A stretch of DNA of 64,000 bases from Candidatus Hydrogenedentota bacterium (GCA_963745075.1 CAVUWV010000021.1:32001-96000); one strand, 5' to 3'; shown: positions 10,919 through 19,799, numbered from the stretch's first letter. Notes: a model not told the origin generated them from the sequence alone. Program-made: numbers and translations.

Positions 10919-11049
10919 CCAACGCCACCGATCCGCCTGCCCGAAGACGGACGGCAAAACGGTGATGCCAGGCCTCTGAGAGCGTGTTTCAAAAGGGCTC
11001 GTTACCGGTCTAGAGCGGTTTAAGTTATCTCGTAGCCGCTGACGACCTT

Positions 11050-11196
11050 TCGTACTCGTTCTCGTACTTCGTACTCGTACTCGAACCGTGGAGTGGAGAG
11101 AAGATGTAATTTGGCTAACCCAACACGTCATTTCTTCACGGAGTCAAGACTTTGCGTCTCATCGAGTACGAGTACGAGACCGAGTACGAAGTACGA
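11050..11196. repeat. Inverted pair of (CGTACT)n hexamer arrays
   Basis: tcgtactcgttctcgtacttcgtactcgtactcga (11050-11084) versus tcgagtacgagtacgagaccgagtacgaagtacga (11162-11196). Confidence 0.85.
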
Positions 11197-11241
11197 CTGA
11201 AAGGACACAGAAAAAGTTAAAATGCTCTAAAGAGAAGTGTG

Positions 11242-11327
11242 GCGGATGTAGCGCAGGCGTCCCCGCCTGCATTCTTTGGGGCGCTGTCGCAAGGATATGC
11301 AGGCGGGGACGCCTGCGCTACATCCGC
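11242..11327. repeat. GTAG-type REP doublet (31-bp perfect IR)
   Basis: GCGGATGTAGCGCAGGCGTCCCCGCCTGCAT and its exact reverse complement at 11297-11327. The same core occurs at 43119-43213. Confidence 0.9.
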
Positions 11328-11732
11328 GACGCCTTGCCGATATCCCACTTCTGAAACACACTCTGAGTCTGGGGGCGGTGTCCCCGCACCCCTCCGTTCT
11401 TTCTGACGAGGGGGGGTGCCGGGGGTGGACGCGTGTTCGGTGCTGTCCGTCATGGGAGGTGTTCTCCTTGTAAGCATCGAACAAGTAAAGGTTTGCACGG
11501 GAATCGGGCCGGAGGTTGGCGGCCGTGGGGTTGGGGGTGCACCCATTTCTATTTTTGACGATTCAAGGGGGGGTGCACTCCGCGAATTTCGGTCCCCGCG
11601 GTCGCGAGGATAACGGGCGCGTTGGGTGTGGCTGGTCATGGGCGGAGTCTTCCTTATCAATATAGGCCGGGGCGTTGCAGTGGGAATTGGGCTGGAGGCT
11701 TCGTACAGTTTCCCATAAAAGAGAGAACAATG

Positions 11733-11899
11733 TGGAGTGCGGCCACGCCTTGGCGTGGCTGCTTTTCCGGAGCAGGTTTGCCTGCGGCGCATTCTGATGC
11801 TGTACGGAGTGTCGCCTCAAACCGCAATGACTTCGTGAAATAGGGTCTTCTGCAATTGACGTAGGAAAAGCAGCCACGCCAAGGCGTGGCCGCACTCCA
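11733..11899. repeat. REP/REPIN-like doublet (36-bp perfect IR)
   Basis: TGGAGTGCGGCCACGCCTTGGCGTGGCTGCTTTTCC (11733-11768) and its reverse complement (11864-11899). Confidence 0.9.
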
Positions 11900-11951
11900 A
11901 ATATTCTTTCTGTGGGAGGCCGGCGCTGGAGTTTCTACGTGAACCTGTTCT

Positions 11952-12034
11952 GCCCTTTCAGGGCGATCAGGGCTGGTGGCGACGGGTTCCCAGGGCGTTG
12001 CCCTGGGCTGTCCTGTTTCACCCCTTCGGGGTGA
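11952..12034. repeat. Three-hairpin REP-like unit
   Basis: GCCCTTTCAGGGC, CCCAGGGCGTTGCCCTGGG and TCACCCCTTCGGGGTGA in series. Confidence 0.7.
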
Positions 12035-12132
12035 CGGGGGCAACGAAATAACTTCTATTCAGGAAAACCGCAGCCCTCGTATCGCGGGTAGGAAAACCCG
12101 CCCTCCGCGTGGACGAGGACCGTTTGTAGCGC

Positions 12133-13119
12133 CTACCCGGCGGATATCCGGTCCGCGATGAGGTAGGCCGCGCCCATGACGCAGGCGTCGTCGCCGAGTC
12201 GTGCGGCGACAACTTTGACGCCCTTGCGCAGGAAAGGCATGGCGTGGACTTTCAATGCGCGGTCGACCTCTTCGAGGTAGAGGGATTCCATGGCTTCGAC
12301 CAGGCCGCCGCCGAGCACGACGGCCTCGGGGCTCATGGCATTGATCATGTTGCCCGCGGCGATGCCGGTGTAGTAGGCCGCCTTGCGGACGACGCCTTCC
12401 ACCATCTTCTCCCCCTCTTCAATCGATTTGGCAATCACGCCGCTGCGGATATTCGCCAGGTCGGTGCCGCAATGCTTGTAGATGTACGGCGCGTCGCCTC
12501 GTGCGGCAAGGGCCGCAATCTGCGAAGCAATCGCGACGCGCGACGCCAGGGCTTCGAGGCACCCGCGCTTGCCGCATCCGCAGTAGGGGCCGTCGACTTC
12601 GAGGGTCATATGCCCCACCTCCGCCGCCGAACCCGAGAACCCGTGGTAGAGCTTGCCGTCGATGATAATCGCGCCGCCGATCCCGGTCCCGGGGAAGATC
12701 CCAAACACGTGATCGCAGTCTTTGACCTTTCCGAAGGCGTACTCGCCATAAGTCCCCACATTGACGTCGTTGTCGACGAGAACGGGAACATCAAAGGCCT
12801 TGCGAAGCACGTCGGCGAGGGGAAACTGTTTCCACCCCAGGTTCGGGGTATCGATGATGACCCCGTCTTTGGGATCGAGCGGCCCGGGCGATCCGACACC
12901 GATTCCGCGGATCGGTTTGTCGCCCGACTCTTCGATCGCGGTGCGGACAATGCGAACGATGCGGTCCTCGGGCTTTTCGTCCGGCTTCTTTGCGGACTTG
13001 CTTTTCTTGCGGCATCGGCCGATCACCTTGAACTTGTGGTCCATCACGCAGGCCATCATCTTCGTGCCGCCGATGTCCAGTCCGACAACGTACTCGCCCG
13101 GTTTCAACTTCGCTTTCAT
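12133..13119 (-). CDS. ROK family sugar kinase (glucokinase-like)
   Basis: GLDIGGTK, GSPGP, VDNDVN, GTGIGG and EVGH...CGCGKRGCLEA motifs. GGAGG RBS before ATG 13119. Confidence 0.92.
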   Translation of the reverse strand: MKAKLKPGEYVVGLDIGGTKMMACVMDHKFKVIGRCRKKSKSAKKPDEKPEDRIVRIVRTAIEESGDKPIRGIGVGSPGPLDPKDGVIIDTPNLGWKQFPLADVLRKAFDVPVLVDNDVNVGTYGEYAFGKVKDCDHVFGIFPGTGIGGAIIIDGKLYHGFSGSAAEVGHMTLEVDGPYCGCGKRGCLEALASRVAIASQIAALAARGDAPYIYKHCGTDLANIRSGVIAKSIEEGEKMVEGVVRKAAYYTGIAAGNMINAMSPEAVVLGGGLVEAMESLYLEEVDRALKVHAMPFLRKGVKVVAARLGDDACVMGAAYLIADRISAG

Positions 13120-13263
13120 TCGCATTCCTCCGCCATTGGTCCAGGGGGAGCATAACACGTTCGGCGCCGACTATTGGAACACGTCGGAAGTCAGGCCGAA
13201 ACAGCTTCTATTACACGATAGAGGAACAATCGTTGCACCTGGAGACGCCGCAAAATCGAATTC

Positions 13264-13415
13264 ACGTCCCCCTTCGAGGGGGGAATTCCGCGCAACGCTT
13301 CGCGTTGCGTGTCGAACAGGCAATGAGCTGAACTTGGCGCGTGCGGCGACACATCTATCCAGAGACCTACGTATGTACCATCCCCCCCTTTTTGAAGAGG
13401 GATCAAGGGGGACGT
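13264..13415. repeat. CCCCCTT/AAGGGGG palindromic repeat element, degenerate copy
   Basis: Ends ACGTCCCCCTT...AAGGGGGACGT. Internal GCGCAACGCTTCGCGTTGCGT is identical to the copy at 55031. Confidence 0.8.
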
Positions 13416-13453
13416 TCAGCCGATAGATGTACCCTTATTTGAATTGAGAGCGA

Positions 13454-15958
13454 TTAAAACGACTCGTCTTCGAGGATGCGGATACCGGTGATGCGCGATA
13501 GTTTGAAAACCCGGGCCCCGCCCAGGCGATGGCAGAACCCGCTCAGCGACGGAATCGCGCCCACGGTGTCAATGGATACCGGGTTTACCCGACGGACCGT
13601 CGGTTTCGGGCTCCACGTGGATTGATACTGAATCAGGATTGGACGTCGGCGATGTATGGCATCGTCAATAATCTCGCCGACGATCCGCGGGGAGTAGGAC
13701 GGCAGGTCGACCGTCTCTTCTTCGGCAGTCTCGTCCGCGCGTTTTTCGGCGGATCGTTCGTCCGGCTCGTCGGCATCGGTCCGCGATTCCATCCACGGGC
13801 CGACCCATTGCTCGGGCGGGCCGTCGTCGAGGACCACGCCATTCTTGCCGACCGGCATCCCGAACGATTTGAGCGCGCGCTTGATCGCAGTGAGACCGCC
13901 CTTTCGGACGACCAGGGTGTAGAGTCCGAGCCGCCCTTCCACATGCTCGGCAACGTCGGGCAACTCAAGCACCGCATCACACGCTTCGGGATCGTCGAAC
14001 CGGACCAGCGTGGCGGTCTGGGCGGAGGGCAGCACCATGTCGCCGTTCCAAGCGCGTAACGCGGCCCGGAAACGCGCCGCGAGCGCCCCCTCGACCAGCG
14101 TTTCCAGTTGTGCGGCTTGCAAACCCCAATCGATATCGCGCCGAAGGGTCTTCTTGCTCAGCGTGAATTCGAGATCGCCCGTTGCCGTCGTGCGAACCTC
14201 GCCCAATTCCTCCAGACGCCGTCGAACGAACAGGTCGGCTTTGGGCCAAGGCACGCGGAGCGCAAGCCCCTCGCCCTGCTGCGCGCAGGGTTCCGATGCG
14301 TTCCGGTAGTTGATCTGATGGTTTACACCGGGCTTGGTACCGTTCAAGACCAGGCAAAACCGCCCGCCCAGATGGCGCAGCGAGGCGTCGTCATCCGCCG
14401 CCGTCACGGCCTCGAGTTCGGACAAGAACTCCAGCAGTTTGCACTGTGGATGAATCGCAACGGCCGCAACCTTCCGATCCCAGGTGCTGAATTGATCGCG
14501 CACGTTGGTCGGAAGCGGCCGGCTGGAATGGGCCTCGAGGATCGCGCTAAACTCGTCCGTCGAAACGCCCGACCGCACCCCGCGATACACGCTTTCCTGG
14601 GTCAGACGATAGGTGCTGACCGGCCCGCCGCGAACCCGCTCGCAGAACACGTCCAACTTGCGCCGCAAGTCCGCAGGGCAGCGGTCCAGGTACGCGATCA
14701 CCTCGAAATCCGGCTGGATCACGAGGGCGTCGCGTGCAATGTCGTTGGCCTCGGCAGGGGCTGGGCCGACTCCCAAGGCGTAGCGGCCCAGATCGGAGAG
14801 CCGGAAGAGGCGGCCTTCATCCGCGAGGTCCACCATCCCAAAATTCGCAAACAGGCTTTGAATCATCCAAGAGAACAGGCGCTTTTCATGATTTTGCCAG
14901 GCGCGGTCCCGCCATGCGGGGGAAGCGTCGAGGACATTTGCCGCGATCGCCCGCCACCGCTCGTGGAGAAACAGGGCATTCTCATCGATGCGCCGGATCG
15001 CGTTGACGAGCCCGTCCAACGTGAACCACACTCCGGCGGGCTGTTCCGCCAACACGCGAGCCACGAGGAGCTTGTGATACCGCCGCCGGAGACTCCCGGC
15101 CGGTAAGCGAGACTCGATGGCGCTGTAGGCCTGCGGAAAGAACAGTTGGAGATCGGGGAGTTCGTCCGATTCGAGATATCCACGGAAGAGGCCACGTACC
15201 CGGTCCGCCCGCGGCCTTTGCGCCCACGCTTCGGCGCGGTCCGTCGTGGCCAGGCGGTTCGATTTTGTCGTGACGCACCCCAATTGGCGTGCGATCATGA
15301 GCGCAAATTTGAGGGATTCGGTACTGACATTGGCGTCGGACGCCAGTTCACGGGCGCGGGTGCCGTCGCTCTTGTGCAGCTCGCCGGAAGCCGTGACTCG
15401 TGGTTCCAAGACCTCCACCACCCGCAGGGTCTCCAGAAACGCGGTGGTGGCCCCGTCTTTGCGGGTCACGCCTTCGTCCGGGACCGGGCCGGAGAACGGA
15501 GGAACGGTATGGCCGACTGCCGGGGGTTCGGGCACATGGGGTTGCAACGTTTCCGACACGGTCAATACGTAGGCGCTGGAAGCTAGTTGCTCTTGACGGG
15601 TCAATTGTTTGAATGTGAACGCACCCGACCGGTCCAAAGGGGGAACCAGCACGAGTCCCAGCACCGCGAGGGTCTCGAGGGAAGGGGCAGGCGCAGCCCC
15701 GATCAGCCCCCGGATGCCCAATATGTCGGCGGAAGTGATCCCGTCGTTCGTGGCTACCAAATAAAGCATGCGGAGTGCGGGCGGTTCCAGGTCGTTTATA
15801 ACCCCCTTCATATGAAGGGGATCACCGAGGATCTTTTCGAGTGCCTTGATGCGGCTGGCTTTATTTGCCGCGCCGAGCCGCCATCGGTCGCACATCGTCC
15901 CCAAGGCGTCATTGGTGTAGCCTCGCAGGCATTCTTTGATGCTGTAGCCGGTTGTCAA
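13454..15958 (-). CDS. Helicase-associated (Helicase_C_3, Tfb2/p52-like) protein with C-terminal WYL domain
   Basis: LVIQPDFEVIAY...YRLTQESVYRG...PLPTNVRDQFSTW domain; WYL-like AIHRRRPILIQY...RRVNP...GFCHRLGGARVFKLSRI. Likely TTG start at 15958 overlapping the upstream stop, with a GAGGG RBS. Confidence 0.8.
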   Translation of the reverse strand: MTTGYSIKECLRGYTNDALGTMCDRWRLGAANKASRIKALEKILGDPLHMKGVINDLEPPALRMLYLVATNDGITSADILGIRGLIGAAPAPSLETLAVLGLVLVPPLDRSGAFTFKQLTRQEQLASSAYVLTVSETLQPHVPEPPAVGHTVPPFSGPVPDEGVTRKDGATTAFLETLRVVEVLEPRVTASGELHKSDGTRARELASDANVSTESLKFALMIARQLGCVTTKSNRLATTDRAEAWAQRPRADRVRGLFRGYLESDELPDLQLFFPQAYSAIESRLPAGSLRRRYHKLLVARVLAEQPAGVWFTLDGLVNAIRRIDENALFLHERWRAIAANVLDASPAWRDRAWQNHEKRLFSWMIQSLFANFGMVDLADEGRLFRLSDLGRYALGVGPAPAEANDIARDALVIQPDFEVIAYLDRCPADLRRKLDVFCERVRGGPVSTYRLTQESVYRGVRSGVSTDEFSAILEAHSSRPLPTNVRDQFSTWDRKVAAVAIHPQCKLLEFLSELEAVTAADDDASLRHLGGRFCLVLNGTKPGVNHQINYRNASEPCAQQGEGLALRVPWPKADLFVRRRLEELGEVRTTATGDLEFTLSKKTLRRDIDWGLQAAQLETLVEGALAARFRAALRAWNGDMVLPSAQTATLVRFDDPEACDAVLELPDVAEHVEGRLGLYTLVVRKGGLTAIKRALKSFGMPVGKNGVVLDDGPPEQWVGPWMESRTDADEPDERSAEKRADETAEEETVDLPSYSPRIVGEIIDDAIHRRRPILIQYQSTWSPKPTVRRVNPVSIDTVGAIPSLSGFCHRLGGARVFKLSRITGIRILEDESF

Positions 15959-16161
15959 TCGTGAACCCTCGGCAAATGCCCCAGAGATTGCAGTCGGCGC
16001 ACGATATCGGGTACGGCTTGAGGCTGGACCGCGATGCACAATTCCGAAAGCCGTTCCCCCAGAAACGGTTGCAGGATCGCGTCGCTCTCGATTTCCGTCA
16101 GAACGAGCGGATCCGTGACCTCGATCACGGCAACCCCGTCATGCAACTTGGGACCCTTCAT
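15955..16161 (-). CDS. 68-aa hypothetical protein, p8/Tfb5-like pattern
   Basis: GGAG RBS. MKGPKLHDGVAVIEVTDPLVL...RLSELCIAVQPQAVPDIVRRLQSLGHLPRVHD resembles an internal module of the downstream protein and is translationally coupled to it. Confidence 0.7.
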   Translation of the reverse strand: MKGPKLHDGVAVIEVTDPLVLTEIESDAILQPFLGERLSELCIAVQPQAVPDIVRRLQSLGHLPRVHD

Positions 16162-16302
16162 CGTATTCTCCCAGGTAGAGGCAAAAATACAACCGCCTAG
16201 TGTAGCAAATGGGGGGGCGAAAAGAAAAATCGGCGTCTGGCGTGCAAGTTCCGGATACAGCGGCATGGGGAATTCCCTGGATGAAGGGGCAATGTGACCG
16301 CG

Positions 16303-16339
16303 TGAAAACGAATGGGCCGCCCAGCTCGGGGCGGCCCAC
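16303..16339 (-). terminator. Intrinsic terminator after the EF-G-like gene
   Basis: TGGGCCGCCC/GGGCGGCCCA stem followed by TTCGTTTT on the minus strand. Confidence 0.65.
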
Positions 16340-16371
16340 ATAACGCACATAACCTATTCATATATAGTAAC

Positions 16372-18408
16372 TTAGTTTTCGCTGGCGCGTGACTTCTCGT
16401 ATTCCGCGACGATTTGTTGCGCAACGTGTTCCGGCACCTCGTCGTAGTGGTCGAATGTCAACGCGTAGCTGCCGCGCCCGCCGGTCATGCTGCGGAGTTC
16501 CGTCGAATACCGGAGCACCTCGCCTTCCGGCACATGGGCCTTGATGGTCTGCCGGCCACCGCCGATCGGTTCCATCCCGATAATGCGGCCTCGACGGCTG
16601 TTCAGGTCACCGTTGACGTCCCCCATGAAATCGTCGGGGACGGTGATTTCGATCAGCATGATGGGTTCGAGCAGGCACGGCTTGGCCTCTTTCACGCCCC
16701 TCTGGATCGCCATGGACGCGGCGATCTTGAACGCCATTTCCGAGGAATCCACGTCGTGATAGGACCCGAAGTGGAGTTCGACGATGATATCGACCACGGG
16801 ATACCCTGCGATCACGCCCTTCTCCAGCGCCTCCTGACAGCCCTTGTCCACGTGCGGAATGTATTGTTTGGGCACCACGCCGCCGACGATGCTGTCGATG
16901 AACTGATACCCCTCGCCCCGGCCGTTCGGGGCAATCCGGAGATGAACGTCGCCGTACTGGCCGTGGCCGCCGGACTGTTTCTTGTGCTTGCCTTGCACGT
17001 CCGACTTCCCCTTGACCGTCTCCTTATACGCTACCTTTGGCGTATGGGTTTCGGCCTCGACGTGGTACTTGCGCTTCATCCGGTCCAGTAGGATATCGAG
17101 CTGTAAATCGCCCATCCCTCGGACGATATGCTCGTTGGTCGCGGTGTCCCGATAGTGGCTGAAGGTCGGGTCCTCTTCGGCAATTCGGTTCAACGCTTCG
17201 CCGATCTTGTCCTCATCGGCCCGGGACTTGGGCACGATGGCCAGTTTCACCATGGATTCCGGCAACGGAATCTCGGGAAGGAGGAATTCGGTGCCGTTGG
17301 ACACGATGGTATTGCCAAAGTGCGTGTGCTTGAGTTTGGTCATCGCGGCCAAGTCGCCCGGGTATACCGCGTCCACCTGGACCTGCTCCTTGCCGTTCAT
17401 GAGGTACAACTTGCCGGTCCGCTCTTTGGACTGGGTCGATACGTTGTAGAAATCGGAATCCGACCGCAAGGTCCCCGAGAATACGCGGAAGAGGGTAAGC
17501 TGCCCGACGAAGGGGTCCACCACGGAACGGAACACCTGGCCAATGAACGGACCCTTGGGGTCCACTTTCATCTCGGCTTCGCCGCCCTTCCCGTTCTTCC
17601 CCACGAGCTTACGTTCCGAAGGGGTCGGGAACGAGTGGGAAATCATGTCCAGCAGTTCCTTAATCCCGATTTCCTTTTCGACGCTTCCTGCCACGATGGG
17701 AACGATCTTGCCGGCGCGGATACCGTTATGGAGTCCCTGGTCAAACTCTTCGGGTGACAGCTCGCCGGTTTCGAGGAATTTCTCGAGGAGCGCGTCATCG
17801 GATTCAGCTACAACGTCAACGATGCCGGAGCGCACCGATTCGATTTCACCCGCGAGTTCGTCGCTGCTGCCGGTAAGGATGTTGACCACGCCGTGCAGCG
17901 AATCTCCCTCGCCGAGGGGAATGATGAGCGGGACGCATTGATTGCCGTAGGCGCTTCGCAGTTGGTCAACAACGTTATTGAAATTTGAATTCTCACGGTC
18001 CAGTTTGTTGATGAAGATTGCGCGGGGGGTCTTGTAGCGGTTGGCATACCGCAAGGCGTTATCGGTTCCCACCTGAATGCCCGTGGTCGCGTCGACAAGG
18101 ATAATGACGCTATCAAGTACCGGTACGGACGATGCTACTTCCCCCAGAAAGTCCGCGTATCCGGGATGGTCGACGAGGTGAATGCGCGTCCCGTCCCAGT
18201 CCAGGTTCGTCAACTTCATGCTGATGGTCTGCTGGCGTTGAATCTCTTCCTCGAGATAATCGCAGACCGTGTTGCCTTCTTGAATCTTACCCAGCCGATT
18301 CGTTTTCCCGGCGGCGTGAAGCGCATGCTCGATGAGCATCGTCTTCCCCGTACCGCCGTGACCTAGGATGCCAACATTACGTACACTCCCCGACTCCGCA
18401 CTAGACAT
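16372..18408 (-). CDS. Elongation factor G-like protein (EF-G II paralogue)
   Basis: GHGGTGKT, DHPG, NKLD, HKKQSGGHGQYG, GSYHDVDSSEMAF and LRSMTGGRG motifs; switch I is divergent (RQQTI). Confidence 0.92.
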   Translation of the reverse strand: MSSAESGSVRNVGILGHGGTGKTMLIEHALHAAGKTNRLGKIQEGNTVCDYLEEEIQRQQTISMKLTNLDWDGTRIHLVDHPGYADFLGEVASSVPVLDSVIILVDATTGIQVGTDNALRYANRYKTPRAIFINKLDRENSNFNNVVDQLRSAYGNQCVPLIIPLGEGDSLHGVVNILTGSSDELAGEIESVRSGIVDVVAESDDALLEKFLETGELSPEEFDQGLHNGIRAGKIVPIVAGSVEKEIGIKELLDMISHSFPTPSERKLVGKNGKGGEAEMKVDPKGPFIGQVFRSVVDPFVGQLTLFRVFSGTLRSDSDFYNVSTQSKERTGKLYLMNGKEQVQVDAVYPGDLAAMTKLKHTHFGNTIVSNGTEFLLPEIPLPESMVKLAIVPKSRADEDKIGEALNRIAEEDPTFSHYRDTATNEHIVRGMGDLQLDILLDRMKRKYHVEAETHTPKVAYKETVKGKSDVQGKHKKQSGGHGQYGDVHLRIAPNGRGEGYQFIDSIVGGVVPKQYIPHVDKGCQEALEKGVIAGYPVVDIIVELHFGSYHDVDSSEMAFKIAASMAIQRGVKEAKPCLLEPIMLIEITVPDDFMGDVNGDLNSRRGRIIGMEPIGGGRQTIKAHVPEGEVLRYSTELRSMTGGRGSYALTFDHYDEVPEHVAQQIVAEYEKSRASEN

Positions 18409-18623
18409 AACAAGACCCTCCGCCCCATGGCATTACGACTACTCCAGACGGCCGAGGATACGAACGAGTGCACCGGTTTGATAGTCGCCACATCCACGAC
18501 CGGATTTCAAAGTATAGCGCGCAAGGAAGGCCGCTACAAGATTTCATGACAAATTCGCCGCACATCTGCCCAGCCCCGAATGTCCCTGCTGATCGCCGGT
18601 CAGCAGCCTGCTAGAATGGGCAC

Positions 18624-19799
18624 ATGAAGCTCGTCTGTCTTTGCAGCGCGTTGGATATCCGGCACCGGTACGGGTGTACGCCGGCGTGGTGGCAGTTTCT
18701 CAAGGGATTGTATGAAGAAGGGTACGACGTTATCGCTGTCCCATACACGGGCGCGGGGTTCGAGACGCCGTGGTGGCGGGGCTATCCTAACCCGTGCGAC
18801 GTGGAAAGCCGGGCTTTTAGCGCGGTGAAGAAGCTCTTCGGGTCCGGCGCGACTTCTACCGAGGAGGGAATCGGCGCGAAAGTCGGGAAGACCCTGATCG
18901 AATCCTGGGTGCGGCCGCGCTGGATTGAGTGTCTATCCCGCATCTTGGCAACGGAACGCGATGTCGATGCCGTCATCGTCTTCACGATTCCGGTCAACCA
19001 CTTCACGGGCCTGCCATCCCTTATACGCGATCGATTCGGGGTGCCCTTTTTCTATTTCGACGGCGACGTGCCGGCCAGTTTGCCGCGTTTCAGCGGTTTT
19101 GCTTCGGGGTTCAAGTCCTATGAAGGCGCCGACGTGAGCGAATATGACGCGTTCATGTGCAATTCGGAGGCGGGCGCGGACGAGTTGACGGCGATGGGCG
19201 CCCGGGCCGTGCGAACGGTCCATTGGGGCGTCGATCCCAGCCTCTACGAACCGGTGGAAGTCGAGCCGGATCGCAACGTCTTCTTCTACGGCTTCGGCGT
19301 CGAGTATCGCGAAAACTGGATCGAGGAAATGCTGACAAAGCCGAGCCAGACCCTTGCGGAAAGCGGATTCTACGTGGGGGGCAAAGGATTCCCGGAGAAT
19401 CTCGGCGCGGTAACGCAGGTGGGCGATGTTCCGTTTAACGTGTTTCGCCACGCGTGTTGCCGCAGTCGAATCAACTTGAACATCACGCGTTCCAGTCATG
19501 CGGAAGTGCATGGCTCCTCCACCATGCGCCCCTTTGAACTTGCCGCAATGGGATGCTGCATCGTCAGCAATCCCCACGACGGTATCGAGGACTGGTTTGA
19601 ACTGGACCGGGACGTTCGGGTGGTGCACTCTGCGGAGGAGGCGGCGGCGGCCTACCGGGAACTTCTCGGGGATGACGCGCGCCGACACGCTATGGGCCAA
19701 AGCGCACGGCAACGGGTCTTGGAACAACATACCCACCGCCATCGCGCGCGGGAAATCGTGGACTTTATCGAGCAAATCCGGTCGAGCGCGCAGGGCTGA
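18624..19799 (+). CDS. Glycosyltransferase (CgeB / GT-B Glyco_trans_1_2-like)
   Basis: SRINLNI...MRPFELAAMGCCIVS and VLEQHTHRHRA motifs. Confidence 0.85.
   Translation: MKLVCLCSALDIRHRYGCTPAWWQFLKGLYEEGYDVIAVPYTGAGFETPWWRGYPNPCDVESRAFSAVKKLFGSGATSTEEGIGAKVGKTLIESWVRPRWIECLSRILATERDVDAVIVFTIPVNHFTGLPSLIRDRFGVPFFYFDGDVPASLPRFSGFASGFKSYEGADVSEYDAFMCNSEAGADELTAMGARAVRTVHWGVDPSLYEPVEVEPDRNVFFYGFGVEYRENWIEEMLTKPSQTLAESGFYVGGKGFPENLGAVTQVGDVPFNVFRHACCRSRINLNITRSSHAEVHGSSTMRPFELAAMGCCIVSNPHDGIEDWFELDRDVRVVHSAEEAAAAYRELLGDDARRHAMGQSARQRVLEQHTHRHRAREIVDFIEQIRSSAQG

Larger units (their letters stand above)
10980..11363. mobile_element. MITE-like element with nested repeats
   Basis: Imperfect terminal IRs GAGCGTGTTTCA.../...TGAAACACACTC flanked by TGA on both sides. 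A related, shorter element lies at 43080-43243. Confidence 0.6.

Noticed and set aside
11217..11792. 191-aa minus-strand ORF as a real protein
   Set aside because: It runs through REP/MITE palindromes, is low-complexity and has no recognisable motif. Only the internal RBS-ATG units are noted as a finding.
11050..11900. CRISPR array in the repeat-rich region
   Set aside because: The repeats are inverted pairs of different families, not direct repeats with unique spacers, and no cas genes are present.
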